Shown piece by piece: positions 32,355 through 43,900 of a stretch of DNA of 64,000 nt. Source of the DNA: Cyanophora paradoxa CCMP329 (Eukaryota > Plantae > Glaucophyta); contig QPMI01000445.1 in NCBI GenBank assembly GCA_004431415.1, positions 1-64,000 on the forward strand, read 5' to 3'. Below the pieces are notes generated by a model. It saw nothing but the letters and a program-made list of their open reading frames with translations, had not been told where the DNA came from and ran no database searches. Made by a program: the position numbers and the translations under genes. The first letter of the stretch is position 1. The number at the start of each line of letters is the position of its first letter.

Positions 32355-34258
32355 ATGGGCGCATACGTGCGTTGACCGCCGTGCCGGCCGAGCGCGCTGC
32401 AAGCGACCGAGCTCACCGACAAGCCGCCCGCAGATCGCCCGGCGGCTGCGTGAAGGGGCCGGCGGCGGCCAAGCGGAGCGGGAGCTAGAGGCCGACGCTG
32501 GCGGTGCCGCGGCCGGCGCGGCGGCCCTCTCGGACGACGTGCTGCGGCTCGTCTTCGCGCACCTGTCGGACGACGCGCAGTCGCTCCTGGCCGCCTCGCA
32601 GGCCTGCCGCCGCTGGCGGGGCCTCCTGTCGCCCGAGGACGCGGCGTGGCGCGCGGCGCTGGGGCGGCAGTGGGGCGAGGCGGCGGCCGTGCACGCGGCG
32701 GAGGCCGAGGGCGGCGAGGGGCCGCTCGACCGCTCGTGGCGCACCGCCGTCGGCGGCGGCCCCGGCGGGACGGTGTGGAAGGCGCGGGCGCTGGCGCGGG
32801 GCCGGGCGCCGCACGCGCACCACGACGCCTTTCAGGCGGAGCTGGCGCGCGCCTGCGGCCGCCTCGCCGGCTTCCGCCTCCGCCTGCGCCTCGGGCCGGC
32901 CGCCGACGACGAGGGGCGGCCCGAGGACGGCTGCGAGGCCGACTGCGGGCCCGGCGCCTGGCGCGCCCACGCCGACTCCGTCTACGCCTCCTTCCCCCTC
33001 CCCGCGCCCTTCGTCCAGTCCCCCGCCTTCCGCTCCGGCGGCCTCCTCCGCGGCGCCCTGTACCCCCTCCCCGCGGGGGGCGCCCCCCTCCCGCCCGCGG
33101 CGGCCTTCTCGGCGCCGGTGTACCCCGGGGCGAGCACGGCGGAGCTGTGCCGCGGGGATTGCAGCGGGGCGCTGGTCGTCTCGGGCGATCGCGAGGCGGA
33201 GGCGGCAACGGTGCACCTGAGCGCCCACGGGCACCTCGTCCTGCGCGCCCTGCGCGGCGAGGCGCCCCCGCCCGCCGCGCCCCTCCCGCCCCTCTTCGGC
33301 GCGGCGGCCGCCGAGGACCTGGCCGAGGCGATCGCTGCGGGGCGGCCCGGGGACGCCGCCCCGCCGCCGCCGGCCGCGCCCGGCCCCGCTGCCTGCGCTG
33401 GTGGGAGGCCCCCTGGCCCCGCCCGGCGCCCCCGCCGCCGGCGAGCCGGCACCGCCGCCGGCCCCGGAGGAGAGCGAGGGGCCGCAGGAGGGCGGCCTCT
33501 TCGACCTGCTCGCGGCGCAGCTGGCGCGGGAGCGCGCGCGGCGCGCCTCGCCGCCCCGCGCCTCGCCGCCCGCGCCGCCGCCGTCTGGGGGTACACCCTC
33601 TACCTCGCGTTCCGGCCGGACTGCGGGGCGGCGGCGGCGGCCGGCGGGTGCGGCTGGGCGGCGGGCGGCTGGAGCGCGCGCCTCCGCCTCGCGGACGCGC
33701 TCTTCTCCTACGACCTCTCCTCCTACCTCGCCTGGCGGTGCGAAGTTCAAACTCGAAATCTTTCACCGCCGACGCGGGGGCAGGTTTGAGGTGCCGGCGG
33801 AGGATGCGCCGCGGGCGGGCGGGGCGGGCCCGCTGCGCTTCCCCTTCGGGTGGCACCTGCGGGACGCGACGCTGTACGGCGGCGGGGGCGAGCCGCTCCT
33901 CCTCTCCGCCAACGCCCCCGTCGTCGTCTCTGGCCCCGTGCGCCCCGCCCGTCCCGCCCCGCCCACCCGGCCGCCAATTCTTACAAGCGAGCAGCAGGGG
34001 CCGGGTGGGGCGCCGGTCTTCGCGGGGACCTTCTTCCTGCGGGTGGACGCCCCCGCCTCGGGCCCGCCGTCGGGGGCCGCCCCCGGGGCCTGGTGGGCCC
34101 GCACGGTGGCGGCGGTGCGCTACGAGTGGGACGCGGCGGCGGGGGCCGGCGCCGGGGCCCTCTGCCTCGAGCTCCGCGCCATGCCGGCCCTCGTCCACGC
34201 CCTCATCGCCCCGCCCGGGCCCCGCCCCCGCGAGCTCGACCCCGAGCTCGAGGCGTGA
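32355..34258 (+). CDS. F-box protein (C-terminus weakly FBXO15-like), multi-exon, start uncertain
   Basis: LSDDVLRLVFAHL..SLLAASQACRRWRGL F-box motif. Confidence 0.65.
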
Positions 34259-34327
34259 GCGGCGCGATCGCGATCGATGCAAGGTTTCAATGAAGCACTA
34301 GGACTAGTAGTGTACAGGGCGAGCGAA

Positions 34328-37300
34328 CTACCAGGCGGGAGCGGCTTGCCCCGCGGCGGGCCCCGGGGCGGGCGGGGGGAGGCCGAGGGTGCGGGCGCGG
34401 AGGGCGGAGAGGGCGCCGGCGAGGCGGGCGGCGACGCGGCGGGCGTCGGCGAGGGCGCAGTGGGGGAAGTCGGCCTTGGCGCGCCCCGGGGCCGCCTCGG
34501 CGCCCCGCTCCGCCGCCTCCTCCCGCGCCCGCCGCTCCGCCGCCACGCGCCGGTGGAACTCGCACCGGTCCTCCTCCCGCGCCGCCGGCCACGCGGGGAG
34601 CCTGCGCGCGCGCGTCTCGGGCCGGGGCCGGGGCGGTGCGGTCGGAGCGCGGGGCGGGGCGCGCACGAGTCGCGGGGTTGAGGCCGAGGAGGGCGCAGAG
34701 GGCGCCGAGGAGGGCGTCGGCGTCGACGAGGGGCGGGGCGCGCGCCTGCGGGCGCCCCGCGCGCCCCGCGAGGAACCGCAGCGCCTGGGCCTCCGTGCGG
34801 GGGTCCTTGGCGAGGAGCAGGCAGGCCCCCGGGGCGGGCGGGCGGGCGGCCGGCCAGCCCGAGGCGGCCGCCAGGCGCTCCCAGAGCTCCTCGGGGGCCG
34901 CCCCCCGCACGCCGGGCGGCAGCTCCTTGTAGGGGATCCCGTGCACCTGCCGCCCCGCCTGAGACAAGCACAAGGGGGGGGAGCTCGAAAGGGGTACACC
35001 TTCTTCCAGCGGTGGTTGGCGGAGTGGTGGGCCTCGGGGCTCTCGGGGAGCCAGGGCCCCGCGCAGAGCAGCGCGTGCTCCTCCGCCTCCGCCTCCGCCC
35101 GCACCGCCCCGCCCCCGCCCCCGCCCCAGGCGCGCAGGCGGAAGCGGGTGGCGCCGGCCTCGCAGGGGAAGGCGACGCGGAGGCCCCCCGGCCCCTCCGC
35201 CTCCCCCGCCGCCTCGAAGTCAAGGGCGAGCAGCGGGCCGGCCGCCACCAGCGCCGCGTCGGCCGCCGCCTCGTCCCGCGTCCGCACCGCCGCCGCGAGC
35301 ACCGTCGCGGCATCCTTGCACAGGTCCGCCGTCTCCTGCGCCGTCGCCTCGGGGATGGCCGGCGGCTCGGCGCGCACGAAGCCGGGCGCGGGGCGCCGCC
35401 GCTGCAGCTCGGCCGCCTCGCGCGCCGCCGCCTCGTCGCGCTCCTCCGCCTCCGCGAACGCCGCCGCCCCGCCGGCCGCCGCGCTGGCGGCGCCGCCGAT
35501 GCCGTAGCCGCGCTGGCGCCAGCCGGGGACGGGGTCGGCGAGGAAGGCGTCGAGCTCCTCCGGGGTGCGGGACGGGTCGAGGCGCCCGCCGTACTCCCGC
35601 GCGAGGCACTCGTGCACGAAGTACCCGAGCGGCGTCCACTGCAGGCCGCACGCGCAGCCGCCCGCACCCGCCCCCACCGAACCCGCCGGGGGCGGGTCGG
35701 GCTCGCAGAGCATGGCGGAGACGCCGGCGGCGGCGGCGAGGGCGTCGGCGAGCCAGTTGCGGTCGCGGTTCCACTCGAAGTCGCGCTTCGTCTCCGGCGC
35801 GAGCGCGGCGCGCAGCTCGTCGGCGGCGAGGCCCCCGAGGACTTGCGAGGCGTCGCGGAGGGGGCGCAGGAAGTCGAGATTCGCGTAGCGGGCGCGCACG
35901 ACGGTGGCGCGCGCCGCGGCCGTCTGGATGAGGTCGAGGGCGCCCGGGCCGGCGGCGGCGCCGGAGCGGAAGAAGGCGGCGTAGGAGTGGTACGCGACCG
36001 CGAGCTCGAGCGCCGCGTCGCCCACGAACGCCAGGCGGCCTGCGCGCAGAGGGTTTCGGCGAGGCGAGGCGAGCCGAGGCGAAGACGAGGCAAAGCAGGG
36101 GCGCACGGTTGTCGTAGGGGATCGCCGGGCGCCGCGCCTTCCGGAAGTGCGTCGCCGCCTGCGCGGGCGCCGCCGTCAGAGGCCGCGCGGGGCGGGGCGG
36201 GGCGGGGGCGGGCTGCGCGGACGGCGGTGAGGAGGCGTAGGGCGTCTTCGGGCGGCTGGCCCCCGAAGCAGAGGGCGCTCCAGAGCTCCCGCAGCACGCC
36301 GGCCTCCTCCGGCCTCAGCCACTCCGCCCCCGGCACCCGGTCTGCCCGCCGCGTCGGCCTCGGCTTCGGCCTCGGCCGGCGGGGGCGCGCGGCTGGGCGT
36401 GCGCGCGCACCGGCGCCGGTGGCGGCGAGGGCGGCGCGGAGCTGGCCGGGGGCGTCGAGGGCCTCGGGCAGGGGCCCCGCCTCGCGGCCCCGCAGGGCCA
36501 CCTCCAGCACGCGCCTCAGGGACGGGTCCAGGTCCTCCCGCCTGCGCCGGCGCGGCCGCCGCTCGCTCAGCGCGGGGGCGCGGCGCGGCGGCGGGCGGTC
36601 AAGGCGCGCCGGGAGGCGGGGCGGATGACGTAGCGGGCGGCGAAGGCGCGGCAGGCGGGCAGGCCCGAGTCAAGGTACAGCGCCCCTGCGCGCCGGCCGT
36701 CGGGCGCGGCGGGGAGGGCGGGCGGGGGGACGGGGGGCGGGGCGCGCCTGCGACGGCCTCGAGGGCGTCGGCGCGCATCGCCTGCGAGACGGCCTGCCGG
36801 TCCGCGCAGCGGAGGGCGCGGTCGAGCCCGAGGGCCTCCGCCGCCGCCGCCAGGCTCTCGTTCGAGACGCACTCCTGCGCGCACGCGCCGGCAACGTCAG
36901 CCGTCGCTCCGCTTCGCTTCGCCTGGCTGCGGGGGACCTCGGTGGCGGTGTGGAGGGCGAGGGGAGTGGCGTCGGCGGGGCGGGTGTGGTCGACGAGGGT
37001 GCGGCGGACGGCGTAGCGGAGTACGCGGTCGCCCAGGAACTCGAGCGCCTCCCCGCCCTGCTCGCCCCCGCACGCCGAGCTGTGCGTCAGGCTCGCCTCC
37101 AGCGCCCCCGGGTCCCTCAGCCGCAGGCCCAGCTCGCCCTCGAAGGCGGCGAGCACGCCGGCGAGCGCCGCGGCGCGCTCCATCTCGCGGCGGGCGCGCA
37201 GGAGGGCGGCCCCGAGGGCGTGCATCTGGGCGGTGAGGCCCGTCGGCACCCGCAGCGTCTCCGGCGCGTACACCGCCGCGTTCGCGCCCCCGCTCTCCGA

Positions 37301-37966
37301 GTAGGAGAGCGCCACGGGCTGGTTGGGGTCCTGCCGGGCCGGGCGTCAGCGCGAGGCGCTGGGCGGGGCGGGGGGGAGAAGGGCGCGCCTCGAGGACGAC
37401 GTTGCGGGGCTCCTCGGCGAGGTACTCGGCGAGGGTCACGCGGGGGCGCACTCGGGCGCGCCCGGCCGCCTTGCGGGGGTCGAGGGCCTGGACGGGCACG
37501 AGCTGCGCGCCCTCCTCGGCGCGCGTGCGGTACGTCGTCACGGCCATCGAGTCCTCCAGCATCTCCCGGAGGCGCGCGTAGCCGCGGCCCCGGCCCTCGC
37601 GCAGCGCCGCGAGCACCTCCTCGGGCCCGTACGAGTGGGCGCGCGCCGCCGCGAGGAGCGCCGCCGCGTCCTCGTCGGCGGCCTGGCGCCCGTCGGGCAG
37701 CGCGAAGCGCGGCCACAGGAAGCTCTGCCCGCGGCGCGTCGACGGAGGGGGGGCGGAGGAAGGGGCGGCGGGGCGGGGGCTGCGCACGTCGGCGATGAGG
37801 GCGCGGCCGTCGTCGTCCTTGGTGAGGGCGGCCGGCCAGCGCGGCATCGCCCCGCGCTCCGAGGGCGCGCAGGCCTCCCCGAAGAGGTTGTTGAAGTCCG
37901 CCAGCGCCGCCGCCGCCTCCTCGTCGAACTCCTGCGCGCGCGGCGCCGGGCGGTCTTAGAGGGGGA

Positions 37967-37998
<32 letters not shown>

Positions 37999-40900
37999 CG
38001 GCGCCTGGGGGCCGAGGTACTCGACGCGGATGTCGACTTCGAGGGGCCCGGCGGGCCCGCACAGGCTCCCCTTCAGCGCCGTCGCGAAGCGCAGCGGCCG
38101 CCGCCGCGTGTACAGGTCGTACCTGCCGCGGCGGCGCGTCAGGGAGGAAGGAGAGAGGACGCGGGCGGGCGGGGCGGGACGGGCCCGTCGAAGGCGGAGG
38201 CCTGGAGGTACTCTCGCGGGCGGCGCGGAAGGGGCGGGTCGACGGTCACGCGGTGCCGGTGCAGCGTACCCCGCCGCCCCGCCCCCGCGGCGCTCGAGGG
38301 GGCCGACGAGGCCGCCATCGGCGCCGCGACCGGGGGCGCCGGTACCGGGGCCGGGATCGCCGCCGCGGCCGGAACGAACGCTGGGGCTGGGGATGGGGCC
38401 GGGAATGGAGCCGCGGCTGGAACGAACGCTGGGGCTGGGGCCGGGATCGGCGCCGCGGCCGGAACGAACGCTGGGGCCGGGGCCGGGATCGGCGCCGCGG
38501 CTGGAACGAACGCTGGGGCTGGGGCCGGGATCGGCGCCGCGGCCGGAACGAACGCTAGGGCTGGGGCCGGGATCGGCGGGGCCGGGAGGGTGCGGCTCGG
38601 CCCGCCTGTCGTCATTGCAGCAGCTGCAGCTGCCGCAGCGGCGGCGGCGGCAGAGGCGGCCTGCGCGGCGGCTGGGGAGTAGCGAGGAAGGGGCGCCAGG
38701 GCGGGCGGCGGGCGCGGGGCGGCGGAGCCGTCGGCCAGCAGCGCGCTTAGAAGCTCCTCCTCCTCCGCGGGCGGGGCCGGCGCGGGGGCCGGCCGGGCCG
38801 CGCCGGGGCCGGGCCCAGGGTGCCCCTGCGGTGGCGGCCCGAAGAAGCTGAATGCCGGGGTGGCTTGCGCGGGCTGCGCGAGGGGCGCAGGCGCCCCCCA
38901 CAGGGGCGCCGAGGAGCCGGCGGGCGGGAGAGCCGTCAGGGGAGCCGGCGCGGAGCTGGCCGGTGGCGAGGGCCGGCCGGCGGGAGTAGACAATACAGCG
39001 GCCAGGGCGGCCGGGTTCGGAGGGGGGTACGCCGGGAGCGCCGGGGGGCGGTACGGCGCGGCCGGGCGGGGTGCGGGGGGCGCGTAGGGCCGCGGCTGCT
39101 GCGTCGACGCCGACGGCGGCGACGAGGCGGGGACCGGAGCGAGGGCGGGGATGGGGAGCGGGACAGAGGGCGGCGCATAGGGCAGGGGAGCCGCAGCCGA
39201 TGGGGCGGCTGGGGGCGGATAGACGAAGGGGACGGCAGGCGCGACGGGCCCCGGGGCGTGCGACGGCGCGATGGGATGGATTGGGAAGTGCCCAGCGGGA
39301 GGGTGCGCCGCTGCCGGGGGTAGAGGGTACGCCGCGGGAGGGGGAGGCGCGACGTAGGCAGGCGGAGGGGAGGGAACGAGGGCGGGGATCGGGAGGGGTA
39401 CGGCCGGAGCGGCGGGGTACGAGGGCGCCGCCGGCCAGGAGGCCGCTTGCTGAGGGACGAAAGGGGCGGGATAGGGGGCCGGGGCAGGGGCGGCGGGGGC
39501 GGGCGAAGGGGCGGGGACCGGTGCAGCGTGGGTGGTCCACGCGGCGGAGTACGCGGCTGGTGGTGGCCGCGGGGCCGCTTGCTGGGCAGGGTAAATGGCG
39601 GGAGGGGGGGCAGGTGCAGGGGCGGCGGGGGCGGGCGGCGGGGCGGGAGCCGGAGGGGCGGGGGCGCTCCGGCCGCCGGCGGCCGGGTCGCCGCTCTGAA
39701 CAAAACGCTCATCGGGCGCGCTGCCCTGCGGCGGGCCCGGCGGGTCCGCAGCCTCCGAGCGCGGCTCTTTGATCTCGCGGAAGTTCCTCTGCGGGGCGCC
39801 CCGGGCCGTCAGCTCGGGCGTGGTGCCAAAACCGTCTTTCAGGGGCCGGGCGCACGATCCTGAGGACGGGGCGGGGCCCGTCCTCCTCGTCGCTCGCGGC
39901 GCCCAAGTCCAGCGCCGCCGGCGCGCTCGAGGATGCGTCCGGTTCGGAGGGGTCCGGGGCGCCGCCCCACGCCTCCAGCATCCTGGGCCCCGCCTGCGGC
40001 CGCCGCTGCGGGCGCGGGCCGGGGCGGCAGCGGCCGTCGAGCGCCGCGAAGATGTCCTTCTCCGCCTCCTCCGCCTCCTCGGAGCGCGGGGAGGACTCGC
40101 CGGAGGACGGGTCGAAGAGGATGGCGGGGCCGTCGGGGTCGTACCCCATCCGCCGCTTCCGCTCTATCTGCTTCCGCCGCTTCTGCTCGATGTCCTCGCT
40201 CACCGGCACCGCCCGCCCTGCTCGCGGGATCCGTGAGGGCGCGGCGGGGCGGGGGGTCGGCGGGGAGGGGCGGGGGGGCACCGCCCAGGTCGGGCCCGAG
40301 GCCGACCTTGGGGGTCCAGCCGTGGCTCTCGAGGTGGCGGCGGGCGAGGGCGTGGGCGTCCCGCGGGGCCGGCGGCGCCTCCAGCTCCCGCTCCAGAGCC
40401 GCTAGCCCGTCTCGCGGCCGAGGCACCGGCCGCAGCCGCGCCAGCCAAGAGGTTGGCTTCGGGGCCGTTGGCGGAGCGAGGCCCGTTGCAGCCGCGTCCA
40501 CAGCAGGCGGAGAGAGCGGGGGAAGAGCAGCGTTTGGAGGAGGCAGGGGCGGAGCGGCGGGCGGAGCGGGCGCCGCTGCAGGGGCCTCGATGGCGTCCGG
40601 CGGGGGAAGAGGCCGGGTCCACGCGAGGGCCGCTGGCTGCGATAGAGCGAAAGCTGGGGCCGTCGTGAGCCCGATCGAAGGCGCCGACGAAGCGGAGTCG
40701 TGGGCGGCCGTCCAGGCGGCGGTAAGCGGACGGGGCGGGCCGGACGAGGAGGAAGAGGAGGGGGTGGAGGAGGCGCCCTCCGCGCCGGGCGACGGGTGCG
40801 GGCCGGGATCGCGGGGCTCGAGGTGGAGCCGTTGGGGCGCCTCCGCCTCGAAGAGCATGGCCGGCCAGCTCCCCTCCGACCCGCTCGAGCCGCCCTCTGC

Positions 40901-43900
40901 GCCGCCCTCGCCCTCGCCGCCGGCGTCGTCTTCGCCCTCCGCGGAGGGCTCCCACCTCGCGGCGCCCCCCTCCAGCCCGGAGCCGCCCTCCTCCTCCTCC
41001 TCCTCGTCCTCCTCCTCCTCGAGCGCCCGCCCTCCGTCGGCGTTGTCGGACTCCCCGCCGGCCTCCGGGGTCTCCCCCGCCGCCGTCTCGGCCCCGGCCC
41101 CGCCCCCCGCGAGCAGGCGGGCCAGGCTCTCCTGCAGCATCCGCCTCGCCTCCTCCGCCTCCTCCTCCTCCGCCTCCCGCGCCGCCGCCACCTCCACCTC
41201 CTCCTTGTCCTCCTCGGGGCCGCCGCGGGCGCCCTGGCCGCCGACCCTCAACTTCTCCTCCTCGTCCTCCTCGCCGTCGCGCCCTCCTTCGCCGCCGCCG
41301 CCGACGCCGTCCGACCCGCCACCGGCGCCGTCTGGCGTGCCGCCGCGCTCGGAGCCGCCCTGCCAGCCGCTCTCCGAGCTGGTGCTGCCCTCCGTCTCAC
41401 CATCGCGAGCCGATTCGCCGGCTTGCTCCGGCCCGCCGCCGGCGTCGTCATCGCGCGGGGGCTCCGGGGCGGCATTCGCTGCTTCGGGGGCGGCGGTCGA
41501 GGCGAGCAAGTCGGGCCCCGCCGGGCTTGCGGCCCTCCCGGCTGCAGGGGCGGCCTCCTCCGTGACGGGGGCAGCGGGAGGCTGTTCTGGCGGGCAGGCC
41601 GCGGCGCCGATGTCGTCGCGGGTGTCAGGAGCGCCGCCGGCATCGGCCGCGCCGTCGGCGGCCTCCTCGCGCAAGGCCGGCGCCGGCCCCCGAGCTCCGC
41701 CGCCGGCGCCTCGCGGAGGGCCGCCGCCGCCGCCGCCGCCTCTGCGGCACGGGCCACGGCTTCGGCGAGCGCCTCCTCCACAGCCGCCTCCACCTCCTCC
41801 GGCGAGGGGCCCGGCCCCGCGCCCGCCGACCCCGCCTCCCGCGCGGCTTCTTCTCCGCCGGCGCTGCGCTGAGCGGAGGCATCGGCCGCGAGCTCCTCCT
41901 CGATCTGATCGGCCTCGCCGGCCGCCCCCGCGGGCGCCGGCGCGGCCCGAGGCCGGCGCCCCCCCCGCCGCACCAGCGGCTCCTCCTCCTCGTTCTCCTC
42001 CTCGGGCGGCGGCTCCGGGAGCCCGACGCCAGCGCCGCTCACGCCACCCGCGCCGAAGTCCCGCGCGCGGCGGCTCGGCAGCCCAACGCCGGCGCCGCTC
42101 TCGCCGGCTCCGTCCAAATCGCCGTTGGCGTCAAAGAAGCTACCGCCAGGGCCTCCGTCGGGCTCGGCGCCGCCCGCCTCCTCCTCCTCGTCGCCCTCGC
42201 CCTCGCCGTCGTCGAGGAGGCCGTAGTCCTCGTCGTCCTCGGGGATGCCGGCCTCGCGCAGGAAGGCGAGCACCTCCTCCCGCTGCACCCGCCGCAGCGC
42301 CCGCATCATCTCCCGCCGCCTCGCCACCTCCTCCTCCATCTGCCCCGCCCGCCCCGTCGGCCCCCGCCGGCGCACTCGCGGCCGGCCGGCCGGCCCGCGG
42401 GGCGCGCGCACCTCGATGCTCTCGTGGATGGCGAGGACGCGGTCCCGCTCCTCGGCCTCCTGGGCGCTCGCCTTGAGCGTCTCCCTCAGCTGCCGCTCCT
42501 CCTCCTCCGCCGCCCGCCGCTCCTCCTCCGCCGCCAGCGCCAGCTCCTTCGACTCCTCGAGGATCTGCTGCAGCTCCTCCTCTGTCGGCACCCGCCAATC
42601 GTCCTGCGCCGGCGCCTGCGCCTGCGCCGCCGCCGCCCTCGCCCGCGCCTTCTTCGGCCTGCGGGCGCGCATCGGGGCGGGAAGGCCGGAGCGCCGGCGC
42701 CCGCCGGGGACGCACAGGGGGTCCACGGGCAGTGCGGAGAACGCCGAGGGCACCCCGAGCTCCTCGATGCCCCGGTTCGGCCTCAAGCGCCACTGCGCGC
42801 GGCGTGAGCTGCACGGGGCGGCGCGGCGGCGGCGGCGTCGGCGACGGGGCGCACGTCTTCGACGCGGCCGGCGGCGCGGTGGGGCGGGGCCAGGCTCGGG
42901 GAGGGGAAGGGGGCGGCGGGGTCGGGGTCGGGCTCGCGGGCGCGGGCGGCGTCGGCAGCGTCCTCGAGGAGGAGGAGCTCGGAGAGGCAGGTGACCTCCT
43001 TGGACTGCTCCAGGGCGAGCCGCAGCTCCTCCTCCTCCTCGGCGTCCCGCCTCGCCTCCTTCAGCGACTGCCGCAGCGCCTTCGCGAGCTGCGCGTCCCC
43101 GTCGCCCCCCGGCGCCACCCGCCGCCGCCTCGCCTCCGCCTCCGCCGTCCTCCGGCTCTCCACCTCCGCCGCCTTCAGCGCGAGCTCGATCGCGTCGACC
43201 TCGCCCCGGCGCGGGGCGGCGGCGCCCGCCGCCGGGCCCTGCCGCGCGGTCCCGGCTGTCGACGGCGGGCGCCCGCGGGCGGGGCCGGCGGGGGCGCTGC
43301 GCTCGAGCGGGGCGGTGGGGCGGCGCCCCTCTCCCACATGGGCGGCGGATTGGGCGCCGCGCTCGGTCGCACCGGAGCGGAGGAGCGGCCGGCGGCGGGG
43401 GCGCCCGGCAGAGCGGCGGCGGAGGACGAGGAGGGGAGATTGGGGGCAGCCGGAGGGTACGCGGGAGCCGGCGCTCGGGGGGCGGCGGGCTGGTAGAAAG
43501 AGGGCGGGGATTGCTGTGCAGGGTGTGTGGAGGGCTGTGATGCGCCGTGGACGGGCTGCTGTGGGACCGCCGCGGCGGCTGGCTGGGCTGGGGCGGAAGA
43601 GGCGGCATAGTGCGGCGCGGCGGTGCCAGAAGCCAGAGGGACCTGAGCCGGGGGAGGGGCGGCCGCGGAATGCGCAGGGTACGAGGCCGGCGGGGCTGCC
43701 GCCGGCCACGCAGAGGGCGAGGGCGACGAGCCGGGCGCGGGGCCGGGCGAGGGGCCGGGCGCGGGGCGCTGTGGGGGAGCGACGGGGCCCCACGCGGGGA
43801 GGGAAGGCGGCTGCGGCACGTGCACGGGCGGCGACTGGGCCGCGGGGCGTGCGGAGGCGGCTCCGGCGAGGGCGGCGGCGGCGGCCGGGAGCCCGAGGGC

